Below the pieces are notes generated by a model. The model was not told the origin of the DNA. It made no database searches and saw only the letters and a list, made by a program, of their open reading frames with translations. Source: Octopus vulgaris (taxonomy: Eukaryota). Taken from it: a DNA stretch of 64,000 nt. The stretch spans positions 26,350,001-26,414,000 of the forward strand of contig OX597817.1 in assembly GCA_951406725.2 (NCBI GenBank). Direction: 5' to 3'. How positions within the stretch are numbered: the stretch's first letter is position 1; every line of letters starts with the position of its first letter. This document shows positions 40,661 through 54,760 of the stretch, piece after piece. The translations under genes and the position numbers were made by a program.

Positions 40661-41279
40661 CAAGCTATTCTTGGCAATAGATTAGGAAGTTGTGTGGGTT
40701 ATAGATATATCACTTTTGGCATTATCTCTCTCTTCTTTATTTGTAAGATTCAAAAACAAACTAGTAGTAGTTATTTTACTGGGCATTATTGCGAAAAGGA
40801 ACAGTCTGACTAGTATAGAATAATAAATCATAACATGTTTGTCTTTGTAATCTAAATCTATTGTTTTGTCAATTCTACATATTTGATGTGTTGACAATGA
40901 AACCGTTTCTATGTATGTTTCTATAATGAGATTTAGTGCACACAAATATGATACCTAGCAAGCACAAAAGAAAAAACACCAGGGAGAGCACCTATACACT
41001 TTTGATTGACATTGCTACAAATAAATTTCAGAATGAGTGTGTTCCACATTTCATCCTTGGAAGCCATGTTGATGCAGTTATATGTTTTACTTAAAGGAGG
41101 AAGATTACAAAGCTCTGAAATTTTCTGTTATGAATGAAAATAAGACTAGAGTGTAACAAAGCAGTTAATTCAGAGGAAGAAGACATTGGGTTAAATACTT
41201 TTTGACTGAAAATAACTTCAAGGAAGTCAAATTTCAGAAGGTTGTTTATTAAACATTATGACTGCAACTAATTTGACTT

Positions 41280-41695
41280 TACTCTTTACTCTTTACTCTT
41301 TTACTAGTTTCAGTCATTTGACTGCGGCCATGCTGGAGCACCGCCTTTAGTCAACCAAATTGACCCCAGGACTTATTCTTTGTAAGCCTAGTACTTATTC
41401 TATCAGTCTCTTTTGCCAAACCACTAAGCTACGGGGACGTAAACACACCAGCATCGGTTGTCAAGCAATGCTGGGTGGGAGACAAGCACAGACACACATA
41501 CATATATATATATATATTTATACACATATATACAACAGGCTTCTTTCAGTTTCTGTCTACCAAATCCACTAACAAGGCTTTGGCCGGCCTGAGGCTATAG
41601 TAGAAGACACTTTTCCAAGTTGCCATGCAGTGGGACTGAACCCAGAACCATGTGGTTTGTAAGCAAGCTACTTACCACACAGCCACTCTTGCACC
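41280..41695 (-). mobile_element. SINE family A
   Basis: Full-length reverse complement. Confidence 0.9.
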
Positions 41696-43542
41696 TTTAT
41701 TGAAGTTTCCTGAACTATTGTGCTCAGATTTACGACAGCTGCTTATCTCAGCAATGAAAATATTGACTGAATCAGTTACAGTTAAATATTTGATAATTGT
41801 ATCAAATATGGAAAGAAGAAAAGGCTAATTCAACTCCAGCTGAATTTGAAACAATGATGTGAAAGAACAAGACTATGTCTGTATGTTGTTTTTCTTGTTG
41901 TTACCGCCTTCTCTCAGGCTCATACACTTTTGTACCTTCACCCACAATTAATAAATCAGCATATTTTTTCTGCCATATCATACTTTTACATCCTAAGTGG
42001 AAGAGAGTCCACCAGAGAGCAATAAATGTTAACAAATGTGGCAATTTATCACATTGCACCAGCCAATCAAATTTTATTCAATATGGCCATATTATATACT
42101 CAAATTGGCAATTTCTTTAATTTAACATCTATCATTTTTTTTTTTTTTTTAACTGGTGAACTTTAATGGAATGTATTATAGGAAAATATATATTAAATTA
42201 GCTATTTCTTTAACCTGGTAAATTAGCAAATGAAAAAAAATTGTTGAAAGATTTTAGATAATGTAAAAATTTAACAAACAACAAAATATTGAAAATTTTT
42301 AAGCAACTCAATGTAGCAAAATCTTGAAGAATTTTATGCCATGGAATATGACAGTTTAACAAAAAGCAATAAGGTTAGTCCTGCAATCCTGTTTTGGATA
42401 CAAATAAATTCCATAAACATTTTTTCAACGTTTTGCTATAAAATAAATTCATCAAAATTTTACTAATTTGTTAGATTAGTACATTGAAAAATTTGCATAT
42501 GTTTACAGAAATATTTTCCCATAATAATAAACATTGACATTAAAATTATAAACTTCTTTTTTAAAAATATTTCAGCGTTATAAATGATACAAAAAAACAA
42601 AGATACAAAAAAATGCCCTGATAATGATATTTTGTAATCATTTCACACATGAAAGAGACTGAGAGATAAAAAGTTGAAGAAATTGCCAAATATAAAAAGT
42701 GCAGGCTTGGCAGTGTGTAATGAAGTAAACTTTCTAAATACTTGATTTCAGGTTCTGTCCCACTACATGACACTTTGGGTAAGTGTTTTATATCATAGCA
42801 TCAGGTTGATCAATACCTTGTGTGTGAAACACATTATATATTTGTTTGTATGTATGTATGTATGTATGTATGTATGTATGTATGTATGTATGTATGTATG
42901 TATGTATGTATGTATGTATGTATGTATGTATGTATGTATGTATGTGTGTCTGTATGTGTGTGGGGGTGGCAATGATGACATTAAGTATATATCTTTTGTA
43001 ACCAACGTATCTTGTAGCTTGGTAACTTCAATGTCTAATGACCAATAGAATACAAATATTTTCATTAAAAAAACAATTATGTGTTGGCAAAAAATGCTTC
43101 ATGATGTCTCATTCAACCCATGGACTAAAAGAACCTGGACCAAAATAATACACCAACGAGAAAGATGCTGATTGTAAAACTATAATGAATAAAATTTAAC
43201 AACTATTTCAATTTTTTGCTGATTACCACATTTATTACTATTTACTCATATTTGTAGAATTTTTTCAGCCTGAGGTGAAAAGGTATGTTATAGTGAGAAC
43301 AATGTTTTGATGTATGGACTGCCTGAAAGTGAATGAGCAAACTCATTTCAAATTTGTTGGCAATCCCTTTATATTGTCCTTGCTTTCACTGCTGCCCCTT
43401 CTACCAGTACTTGTTGCTTCATCATTTTCTTCCCTTCTTTTGCTTTTCTCTGTTCCCATTCTCCCTCTTATCATTGATATAGTATTCCCCCTCTCACCCT
43501 CTCTCATTATTGTTTTTATTTTGCTATGTCACAATATATTTC

Positions 43543-43581
43543 GTCTCTTTCTGATGAAGGGTTTTGCCCTAAATGTTAGAC
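43543..43581 (+). ncRNA. Degenerate minimal hammerhead-like motif
   Basis: gtctcttt-CTGATGA-a-ggg-ttttg-ccc-TAAA-tgtt-agac; the G of GAAA is mutated. Confidence 0.4.
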
Positions 43582-43816
43582 TTCTTTTCTTCCATACAGC
43601 ATTAAATTTATTCCAGTGTATTAGCAGACAAAGAACACTGTTAGTTTCCTTAGATTAAACTATTCTACTCTATCCTGTAAAATGTATGCTGGAAATCCAC
43701 ACTTTTAAGTCTATGCTTAAAGAATATTTCCGTAAATCAGTGCATATCAAATCCACACATTTTTTAATCATTGAATCATTAAGAAAGAAATATAATACAT
43801 TATTTAAATTGTTTAA

Positions 43817-44038
43817 CCCTTTTGATACCAACCCGGCTGAAACCGGCTCTGGCTCTGTAGTACAAATGTCTTGTTTTCATAAGTTTTGAATTAAAATCTT
43901 CCACCAAATCTTAGTCACAATTTATGTTCCTAACATTAGCTTAATGATAACCAAGTTATTTTACTAAATTCTTTGTTATATTTAAAATTGATTGAAATAA
44001 ACACAGAGCATCTCAAAATAAATACAGTAACAAAAGGG
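43817..44038. mobile_element. piggyBac-like MITE
   Basis: TTAA-CCCTTTTGATAC ... GTAACAAAAGGG-TTAA. Confidence 0.88.
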
Positions 44039-44088
44039 TTAATATCTTATGATTTTTTACCAATTACAAATACACTCAATAATATATT

Positions 44089-44430
44089 GTGATTGTGACC
44101 CCCTTCGGTCATGAATGACCATGGGATTGCACCTAGAAAGGTACCCTCCTAGACACAAGTCTGGGCAAGGTTGTTTATGGAAGACCAGCAGTCGCCCATG
44201 CATACTGGCCTCCCCTCTCCACGCCACCAGTGTTATCCAAGGGAAAGACAAAGGTCGATACAGCTTGGCACCAGTGACGTCGTAACTCATTTCTACAGCT
44301 GAGTGAACTGGAGCAACGTGAAATAAAGTGCCTTGCTCAAGAACACAACACACAGCCCGGTCCGGGATTCGAGCTCACAACCTCACGATCGTAAGCTCGA
44401 CGCTCTAACCACTGAGCCATGCGCCTTCAC
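44089..44430 (-). mobile_element. tRNA-derived SINE (family D), young and full length
   Basis: Head tggctcagtggttagagcg...gagctcgaatccc; CpGs retained; TSD ataatatatt at 44079-44088 and 44431-44440. Confidence 0.88.
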
Positions 44431-44716
44431 ATAATATATTAATGTGTCAAATTTGGTGAAGCTGTTAGAAGATTGGTTGAGAAGCTTTGCAGTTTTGCAG
44501 TATTTGCTTCGCTGTTCTGACTTCAAATTCTGCCAAAATATATTGTTCTTTGTTTTTTATGGGGTGGGGAAGGAGTTATTAAATAAAATTCTAGTCCATT
44601 CTGGTGGATTGATGGAATTATTAGAGCGGTTGATGAGCTGCTCTGTGATATCGGTTCCAGCTATTTGCATTCTGAGTTCAAAGTTTATGGAGATTCAAAT
44701 TCCAACTACATATCTA

Positions 44717-45238
44717 CCGTAAATCCTCGAGTATAATCCGCAATTTTTTTGCCCAAATTTAAAGTTCTAAATCCCTAGTGCATACTATATACGAGGTTAA
44801 AAATGAAAAATATTTTCTAAGCAATGTCTGAGTCTCTATTTGCTGTCCGGCAATGTTTATTCAGACGCATTTTGTGATGTTGGGCACGAAATACCTTAAG
44901 CTAAAGCTGAAAACAATGAAATCTTAAAAGAATCATCCATAATTTGCAGTAAGCAAAATTTATTAAAATAAAAGTATTCAGAACACAGAATAACATGTAA
45001 CAAAAACAATTTGCAAACATATTTACATTCCCATATAACAGTTAAGAACATCACTATTATTGTATTACGCATGCGCAGAAGTGTTTGTTCGACTAGGTGC
45101 TGCTGGCTTAATTAGGCACGACTCGAGTTAGAGAAGGAGTGCATATTATACACAAGGTTTAGGTTTTTCAGAGGTACAGCCCCCTAAAAATCCCCTGCGT
45201 ATTATACTCAAGGATGGACTATACTCGAAGATTTACGG
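44717..45238. mobile_element. pogo/Tigger-like MITE
   Basis: TA-CCGTAAATCCTCGAGTATA ... TATACTCGAAGATTTACGG-TA TIRs. Confidence 0.88.
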
Positions 45239-45773
45239 TATACTTAGTTATAAAAGCTGCAATGAGTGAAGAAAGATTGTGAGTCAAATGATGGAATATA
45301 TAACATTTTAAACGATAGTTTTTCCATGTCAACATGATTTTTATTACACCTCCTTCTGAAATAGTTTTAACTAGATGCTATTTGATAAATGCTGGAAAAG
45401 AACCAAATCTGATCGAGTGACTTGGATTAAGTTTTTCTGTTTCCATAGATTAAACAAGAATAGATTGCTTCATAAGTAATGGTATTTTTCAATAAGATTA
45501 TTTTATCTTTCTTTGACATTTGAATATTTTTCCTCTTTACTCTCTCTCTATATATATATATTCCAAAATATGTCATATAATCAGCTACCTAAAAGACTTC
45601 AATAATCTAGTGGATTCCATTAAGTCTCCTTGTAATAATATCCTCTTTCTTAAAATGGACAGATCAGTGATCATAGCATTATTACCTCCCTACAAGAATA
45701 TGTTTCAACATTTGTGACAAAGAAAAAACACAAAGCTTAACAGTTTTTAATCCTACTACTGACCTACATCTAA

Positions 45774-47328
45774 TCTATAATACACATATACGGCAATTTC
45801 TGTCTGTTTGTAGCTGTGTGTGTGGGTGCTTGTGATTTTGTTACTTTAACTCCAAAAACTGGCCAACCGATCTTGATGAAACTTGACATGTGTGTGGTTG
45901 CTTATGTCCATGCAGTTACTTACACACTTGGAATTTTTATTTTAAAATCGATAAATTTTTAATCAGCATCGATTTTTCAGAAATCAGCAGGACATTTCAA
46001 TGCAAATTCCCATATGAATGTTATTTTTTGCCATAACTTTTAAAGTTTTCAACCGATTTTCTTGAAATTTTATACACAGATGGAATATGCCCTAAGATTT
46101 GGTTGAAACAAATAAAATTTTACCTAGGCCTCTCACGCAAAACGTAAGATGATTTTTGATTAACTGATTAACAAATTTGGACTAAATTGTTGTGGGGTTA
46201 AAATGTTCATCAATTATTTCAGCTTTTTCATGTTGCTGGAACAAGTATTCTCTTAACACCTGCACACTTAAAATTATCGATTCTAAACATTGCAACGTAG
46301 TATTCTTAAACATGCAACATGTATTTTCTTTACACCTTTACTTAAAACTTTTACTTCTAACCATTGCAATCGACATTTGATTCTCACGATCAGTGGAATT
46401 TTACCCATGAAACGCAGTCGTCAAATTAAGTGCATGTGCACTTAAAATTTTCCCTCAAGTTGCGGGAGAATTTGCCCAAAAATGACGAAAAACCTCATTT
46501 TTGTATGCTCTTTTTTCCTTCTCATAGCAGCTTACGACTTTTATGACAATCACGTTGTCACCTCTGCACCCCAGTCATTTTTGTAAGTATAAAATCTCTT
46601 TTCTCTAAATAGTTTTTCGTATACTTTTCAAATTTTTGTTCTTTTTATTTCATAGCACTCCTTTTACAGTTACCTTCTTGATGTTTCCTCTGATTATATA
46701 TTTGCCGCTTTCCTCTCATCTGACCAAATGATTGCCGTTTTCTGATTCCAACGTATTTATTTGTATTAGTTAGTTAGTTAGTTAGTTAATTTGGCTCAAA
46801 AGCAAATAGCAAGGCCATGTAGGGGGACATGGAGTTAAGTACAGGGTGGTGTTCATGTAAAGAGTTCAGGCCACTTGAGGTCCAGGGAGGCTTTGAACAA
46901 AGCGGTCGTCGGCATCTTCACCATCTCGTCTGGCAGCTTGTTCCATGGATCCGCAACCCGGACGGAGAAAGCTCCTCTCCTTCGATTGAGATGAAATCGT
47001 CGCAGGTAGAGCTTTTCGGAATGACCCCACAGCCGACGCTCTGGAGCAGGAGTGAAGAACAGCTCTTTCGAGAGGTTACACTTTCCGCTTATGATGTTGT
47101 GGGCGAGAATGAGATCACCACGGCGGCGGCGTTTTTCAAGAGAATAAAGGTCGAGCGTCCTCAGCCTTTCTTCGTAGGACAAATTTTTGAGACCATGAAT
47201 GAATTTTCTTACACCTTCTATTATCTGTCCTATGACTTGATTTCATTTTTCCATCTGAGAGAAATCAGGCACCATAATGGGTCCTAGGAATATCCCCACT
47301 CCCGGGTATTACCAAGTGCCTCAGCTAG
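45774..47328 (+). mobile_element. Long Helitron-like non-autonomous element containing a CR1 fragment
   Basis: A|TCtataat start with ctgtctgtttgt; ends cccgggtattaccaagtgcctcag-CTAG|T. Confidence 0.55.
46766..47182 (-). mobile_element. CR1-clade LINE 3' fragment
   Basis: SYEERLRTLDLYSLEKRRRRGDLI...FSVRVADPWNKLP, the typical CR1 ORF2 C-terminus; (TAAC)n tail. Confidence 0.9.
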
Positions 47329-47329
47329 T

Positions 47330-47727
47330 ACTCTTTTATTTGTTTCAGTCATTTGACTGCGGCCATGCTGGAGCACCACCTTTAATCGAGCAACTCGACC
47401 CCAGGACTTATTTTTTTGTAAGCCCAGTACTTATTCTATCAGTCTCTTTTGCTGAACCGCTAAGTAACGGGGACATAAACACACCAGCATTGGTTGTCGA
47501 GCAATGCTACGGGGACAAACACAGACACACAAACACACACACGCATATATATATATATATACATATATACAACGGGCTTCTTTCAGTTCCCGTCTACCAA
47601 ATCCACTCACAAGGCTTTGGTCGGCCCGGGGCTATAGTAGGAGACACTTGCCCAAGGTGCCATGCAGTGGGACTGAACCCGGAACCATGTGGTTGGTAAA
47701 CAAGCTACTTACCACACAGCCACTCCT
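47330..47727 (-). mobile_element. SINE family A
   Basis: Full-length reverse complement. Confidence 0.9.
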
Positions 47728-49068
47728 AAGCTTCTTGTATAGTCACTTGCAAGAAATAGTAGACAAATTACTACAAATTACAATTTAGTGCCTTTAAAAA
47801 AAGGAAGAATGCTTTTGACAATGTAGCAGAACATTGGAATATGAGACAGCAATGACCGGAATGTTTTCATCAGGGATCTATGAAAACAGGGTTAACCTGG
47901 AGTTCAACAACCACAGCAACTGTTAATAAAAGATGAATTTTATATTGATAGTAAATAGTGTCTATAAAGCTGGGATATTGATAATATATGTTTTTATTTC
48001 TTTTTCTTGTAGCTGTCTGAGCATACTACTCCAACTGGTAATTGGTCTCTGGCACCTTACTAACTTCTAAACTCAGCTACGAAATCATTATACATAAAGG
48101 CTAAAGTAGTCACGATTTCATGTGGATATGTCTAACATTTTTTGCTTAAATTATAGCTAAGCCTTTGTGAGTAGTATGCAAGTACATATATCAACATTTG
48201 TATGTACATAGTGCTTTCAGTATTGATACATACATGAACAAACACGCACATACACACACAAAGGAATATATATGTGTTTCCATGCATGTATGTGTGTGGT
48301 TGTGTGTATGTGGTTGTGTGTGTGTGTCTGTGTCTGGACTTGTATGTACCAATACCTGGGCGCATTTATGCACATACAGTGCATATATCTGATTTTTTTT
48401 TTTCATATCTGCATAAATGCTCAAAGTTGTTCCAATGTGTGTATTATGTTTGTTCATGCACATGTAAAAATATACGTGAGTATCAGCTTCTATGAATGTA
48501 TGTACCAATTATGTAAATAAAAACTAAAAACATTTCCAAGAAAAAAAAAACAAAGTAAAAACTATTTTAAAGAATGAGTGCAGAAACATCATTCAGAAAA
48601 AATAGCTAATATTCTTTCCAGATTGCTGCAATGTATATTATTGTGTAGTGAACCAAAGTATTTCTTTTTTAATTCATTAAACTCTCTACTGCCTAGTGTA
48701 TTCAGACAAGTAGATTATGGAAATGATGACATTAAATAGCTTTTGCTCAGCTCAAGAGTATTTTGGTCCAATGAAGAAATCCATTCTATTATATCTGTAT
48801 ATTTCAAATCATTCAAAATATTTCATGTCGGAAACATGAATAAAACAAAAACTAAGCGAAAACAAAATTTAAAAAAATTATAATAATAGGAAAGAAATAA
48901 AAACATAAAAATGACAACAATACATAACTTAGAATCTAACTGCAACAATATAAATTCTTCTGAATGACAATTCTTTTAATCTCCATCTAGGTCAGTGCCA
49001 AGAAACCCTCAACTATGAGCAGAACGTTTCTGGCATTGTTCTATTCATTTATCCTACATATACATACA

Positions 49069-49205
<137 letters not shown>

Positions 49206-49320
49206 GTACATACATACATACATATATATATATTTGTATGCATGCATGTGTATATAAACACATATGTTTATATGTTATTTTCTTTGTCAATACTCAGAAG
49301 ATCATTTATAACATACTTAC

Positions 49321-49410
49321 ACAGGTTCTTCAGATTAGATAACCAGCTGAATTCACTGAAGCTGATTTCTTCATATTCAATATGTAGACAAGCCAAAATC
49401 ATAAGTCCTT
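49321..49410 (-). other. Candidate 90-nt internal exon of an unidentified gene
   Basis: tatttctctatgctcAG|...|GTAAGT; one open frame, [29 protein letters not shown]; no homology recognised. Confidence 0.3.
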
Positions 49411-49446
49411 CTGAGCATAGAGAAATATAAGGAATTATTATAACTA

Positions 49447-49562
<116 letters not shown>

Positions 49563-49928
49563 TTTATCATCATCACCAGAGTCATTGATTTACACAAAAT
49601 GCTCTCTATTTGGAATCAATGATGCTACCTCCATAATCTTAAAAGAGCAACTTATAAATACTTGCCCGCACAGAAATGCATATAATTATGTGAGCTTATG
49701 TACACACACATTTGTATAAATGTAAAGCTCTCATTGAACTTATATTTTATATGATAGTCTCTATATCTCTGAAACATAGTTCTTAATCTTTATTATAATC
49801 CCCTATCATAAAAAAAAAATTCCAAGTCACTTTACATGCACATGGGTCCATATATGTGTTTAAATGTCTCACAACATATCAATATTTGGTCTGAACAAAT
49901 ATCTTTATTCTATTCTAAAGTTTTAAAC

Positions 49929-50038
<110 letters not shown>

Positions 50039-50540
50039 CTCTAATTGCAGATAGATTGTGTAACCTTAGGATGGTCTTCAATTTGGCAATTTCTAAATCC
50101 TGCCTGAAGTCTCAAAGTTTATATTTACTTCTAAGCTCTAATCTTAATCTTTACACAACTGTGGTCGCTAAAATAGGAAACATTTATAACAATAACATTT
50201 AGACCAATAATGCACAAACTTTTTGGGACAGTGATCCACAAAATTCAAAAGGAAAACTTTGTGGATCACCAAATATACATTTATTCTTAATTACATTATG
50301 TAACTCAGTAGGTTATAAAACTCACCATGAACCACCAAAAGTTAAGTTTTCACTAGGCATGGCCAAACATTTTCAAAGTGTGGGCCTCATGAGCCACTCG
50401 ACTAAAGTTTTCAAAGTAATTTTTTGTTAGGCATATGTTATAGTTTGCTCATAACTTTTATCAACCATAAGTTGTCCAACTGGGCCATGTTGTGCATCAT
50501 TGAGTTAGACCTTGTGCACTGTAATTTGGATATCTTCTTA

Positions 50541-50769
50541 TTGCTTTATTGCCCACAAGGGGCTAAACATAGACGGGACAAACAAAGACAGACAAAGAGA
50601 TTAAGTCAATTAGATCGACCCCAGTACATAAATGGTACTTAATTTATCGACCCCGAAAGGATGAAAGGCAAAGTCGACCTCAACGGAATTTGAACTCAGA
50701 ACATAACGGCAGACAAAATACTGCTAGGCATTTTGCCCGGCGTGCTAATGTTTCTACCAGCTCGCCGCC
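50541..50769 (-). mobile_element. SINE family B
   Basis: Full-length reverse complement. Confidence 0.85.
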
Positions 50770-51709
50770 TGGGGTAGAAGACATCCAAATATCTTCTACC
50801 CCATTCTTACCTTATAATTTCACAAAGTAATTGAAGAATCACGTGAAAAGTATCTCTGTTGATCATTAAGTTATGAGGATCTAGTTAAAAGAGCATTTGC
50901 CGGATTTTCTTTGTTAAAACATAAAATAAATTATTGGTATTTTCCACTGCCTTTTCAGGATCCATAAGAGAAATCAGCAATACAGTTAATCATGCAATGC
51001 ACCTATTCTTTACAGTTGTCAATCATATCAGTCAATTGTAACTTTACATTATTTTATAGCTTAATCAAAGGAAGAAAAGCACCATGGTTAATCCTGAGAT
51101 CAGAAACATGATCCAAATTATTGATACAGAACGAAGTCTGCTAATGTTACTTGATAGCAGATTAGGTCTCACGCTAAAGAAATCCACTACATTGCTATTA
51201 ACACATCAGGGTTCTTTTATGTCCCTTTTATGAATCGTGTATAGTATTCACACACACCATATGTTTGTAAAATAATTTATCATTTAATGTGTCTGTATAC
51301 AACAGATGATAAATTGACTTTAGAAGCAACAGATTCACAATAAGAGGATATGAACTAATGCCTGTTCAGCCAGATGTCTTCCATCTTATTTAACAAGCTA
51401 TTGGTACAATTTATTGTTGAAAGTGATTGTGCAATGAGTGGAATAGTTCTTTCAAAATATTGTCACCAATAATCAATTTAAAATTTATAAAAAAATGCAT
51501 ACAATTTCTTTTGCAAACAATTTTTAAACCAGGCTAGTTAAATGGTTCTAGTATTGTCATTATTCCAATAAAGTACTGGAGTAAACATTTTACAAATTCA
51601 TGGTTTATAAATAATAAAATGAGACGTCTAAAGTAGAGCAGTAATTATTTACTGTCTTATTTATTTCAAATATTAAGAAAAAAGTCATAATGAAATTATA
51701 AGCAATACT

Positions 51710-51933
51710 TTGGCCATTGCCAGCTTTGCCTGGCCTCCGTGCTGGTGGCACGTAAAAAGCACCCACTACACTCATGGAGTGGTTGGCGTTAGGAAGGGCA
51801 TCCAGCTGTAGAAACATTGCCAGATCATACTGGGCTTGGTGCAGCCTTCTGGCTTCCCAGACCCCAGTTGAACCATCCAACCCATGCCAGCATGGAAAGC
51901 GGACGCTAAATGATGAATGATGAATGATGATGA
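51710..51933 (+). mobile_element. RTE 3'UTR-only copy
   Basis: One repeat unit, the terminal segment and the tail. Confidence 0.85.
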
Positions 51934-52271
51934 CTTGAATCTCTATACTAAATAAAGTACTCGGTTACATATACTATACTTTTCTACTGAAGTTACAGGG
52001 CCCAACATTTTCAGGGAGAGGGGGCAGTCGATTAAATCGACCCAAGTATGCAATTGGTACTTAATTCATCGACCCCAAAAGGATGAAAGGCAATGTCACC
52101 TTGGCGTAATTTGAAGTCTCATTTACTATCATCTTGATACACAAGAGTATATATGTATATGGTTTGGTTGAATTAACTATTCAATTATTAAACTATAGTT
52201 AAATTTATGAAATTTTGTTAAGGTATAACAGTTTGTAAGTGTTCAAGAGATGTGTGAAAAATTCTATAATA

Positions 52272-52784
52272 TCTATATATATAAAACTGTAGTTGTGTGA
52301 GTGTCTGTCCCCTTCGATTTAGATTCCTAACTACTCCCACATTTTGCGGTGCAGTTTAACCAAATTCGGGTATCTTATAGTTGTGATTCATATCAAGCCC
52401 GTCTGAGTATTAGCGCGTGTCTACGATGAGTCTACGATTTTAAAAATAATTTAACATCATTTTTTATTCCATTTTAATGCATAATTTTTCGTGTGTCGAT
52501 GGCGGCGGAGTTGGCGTCCATGGTCACACCTGCACCTGTTTGCTTCTCCCCCTTCTTCCCTCCCTCGTGAAGCTGTGGGGAAGGGAGTGTAAGGAAATCA
52601 ACGTCGTAAAGCGTTGTCAAGGAGACCAGCGTTCTTTTAGAACAACGACTTCATGGCTTGAAGACACCAAAACAGAAATGGCTAAGAAAGCCCGAATTGG
52701 CATCTATAAGGGAAGTAACTCTCTAAAAATGCTTATATAGTTATTTCCCTTACAAACCTGAGCAACGCTGGGCGATACTGCTAG
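52272..52784 (+). mobile_element. Non-autonomous Helitron-like element
   Basis: A|TCtatatatataaaa start; cctgagcaacgctggg hairpin plus CTAG|T end. Confidence 0.8.
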
Positions 52785-52858
52785 TTAATTATAAAATGCT
52801 TTGCTTCTTTAGTAATGGATAGATTTATTGATTTCATGATTTCTTTATTAATTCTGGC

Positions 52859-52942
52859 TTGAAAGAAATGATAAGAGTGTCAAACTAAAGCCTTAAAGTG
52901 TTGAAAGAAATGATAAGAGTGTCAAACTAAAGCCTTAAAGTG
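52859..52942. repeat. Perfect 42-bp tandem duplication
   Basis: ttgaaagaaatgataagagtgtcaaactaaagccttaaagtg x2. Confidence 0.95.
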
Positions 52943-53419
52943 TTTACTTCCGTATTCCTAAGTAATTCTTCAAAATTGATATTTATCTTTTGCCTGATAT
53001 AGTACCATTAAAATTAGCCAATCAGACAGACAATAACCTTCTCCTATAAACATTTGTGCCAAATCAAAAAAATCTGATCTCTTCTTTTCCTGTTTGCTTT
53101 CCTCCCATGGTAATAAGTTTACTTTTCTATCTCTCAGATGCATGCAATATTCTTTTGTTTAATACAGTCTATTGCTGGCATGGAGAATATCTGCTCTGTT
53201 TAGTAATTCGATTTTTCTGAATGGCTAATGTACACCTCATAAAATTTTGGTTGTATTTACTCCTGTAATATTTTCATAAACTGCTTTAATTGATGATGCA
53301 TTGAGTACAGTGATGGATATACCCCATATGAAATTCACTATATGATTAGTATAACATTTTTTCATCATTGATGTCTTTCAAATTAATAAAAGCTGGGTTA
53401 AACACTCCTCAAAAGTATA

Positions 53420-53848
53420 CTCTCTCTTTACTCTCTTCACTCTTTTACTTGTTTCAGTCATTTGACTGCGGCCATGCTGGAGCACCGCCTTTAATCGAGC
53501 AACTCGACCCGGAGACTTATTCTTTTGTAAGCCCAGTACTTATTCTATCGGTCTCTTTTGCCAAACCGCTAAGTAGCGGGGACATAAATACACCAGCATC
53601 GGTTGTCAAGCAATGCTAGGAGGACAAACACAGATACACAAACACACACACACACATGCATATATATATATATATACATATATACGACAGGCTTCTTTCA
53701 GTTTCCGTCTACAAAATCCACTCACGAGGCTTTGGTTGGCCTGAGGCTATAGTAGAAGACACTTGCCCAAGGTGCCACACAGTGGGACTGAATCCGGAAC
53801 CATGTGGTTGGTAAACAAGCTACTTACCACACAGCCACTCCTGCACCT
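53420..53848 (-). mobile_element. SINE family A
   Basis: Full-length reverse complement. Confidence 0.9.
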
Positions 53849-54130
53849 TATTAGTTTAAGAGTGACATCCACACAAAGCAATTCATTTAGAATTCTCATG
53901 CATAATCTTTTGTGTGAAGAAACCTGAGAGATTGCAGTATCAGTCAATTAAATTGACCATAGTAGCTGACTGATGTGTTTTTTATTTTCTTTTTCAACAT
54001 TGGGTGAGGTAAATGTTCACACCCCTGGATTGTAACTCAGAATAAGAAATCTCAAAACTAAATACTGCTAATCACTTTGACTGATAACTAATGATTCTTC
54101 CAACCCATTACTTTAAATGCTATTATTAAA

Positions 54131-54760
54131 ATCATCATCATCATCGTTTAACGTCCGCTTTCCATGCTAGCATGGGTTGGACGATTTGACTGAGGTCTGG
54201 TGAACCAGATGGCTGCACCAGGCTCCAATCTGATCTGGCAGTTTCTACAGCTGGATGCCCTTCCTAATGCCAACCACTCCGAGAGTGTAGTGGGTGCTTT
54301 TATGTGCCACCGGCACAAGGGCCAGTCAGGTGGTACTGGCAACAGCCATGCTCAAATGGTGCTTTTTATGTGCCACCTGCACAGGAGCCAGTCCAGCGGC
54401 ACTGGCAATGACCTCGCTCAAATGTTTTTTTTTCACGTGCCACCAGCACAAGTGCTTGTAAGGTGATGCAGGTAACAATCATGCTTGAATGGTGTTTTTA
54501 ATGTGCCATCACCATGGAGGCCAACTTGTTGCTCTGGCAACGATCTCACTCATATGGTACTCTTAGCGCTCCACTAGCACGGATGCCAGCCATCAAATTT
54601 GATTTCGATTTCGATTTCACTTGCTTCAACAGGTCTTTGCAAGCAGAGTTTAGTGTCCAATGAAGGAAAGGCACGCATAAGTGGACTGGTTACACCCCTG
54701 GCATAGGCCACAAGGTTATGGTCTCACTTGCACTTGCTGAGTCTTCTCAAAAACAGCATA
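54131..54760 (-). mobile_element. Complete RTE 3'UTR of a sister subfamily, plus the last ORF codons
   Basis: Minus strand gctgtttttgagaagactc...caagtgagacc matches the ORF end at about 59250-59290; about five or six repeat units; (GAT)n tail. Confidence 0.85.

Noticed and set aside
44360-44430. tRNA-like sequence on the minus strand (also near 9640-9705)
   Set aside because: SINE heads with A/B boxes; they continue into SINE bodies bounded by TSDs and show no complete cloverleaf.
48013-48037. Possible 25-nt micro-exon (also a 14-nt one near 43269 and a terminal NDLLSATVVLK* near 1727)
   Set aside because: Such splice-like matches are expected by chance in 64 kb of AT-rich DNA; no consistent gene model links them.
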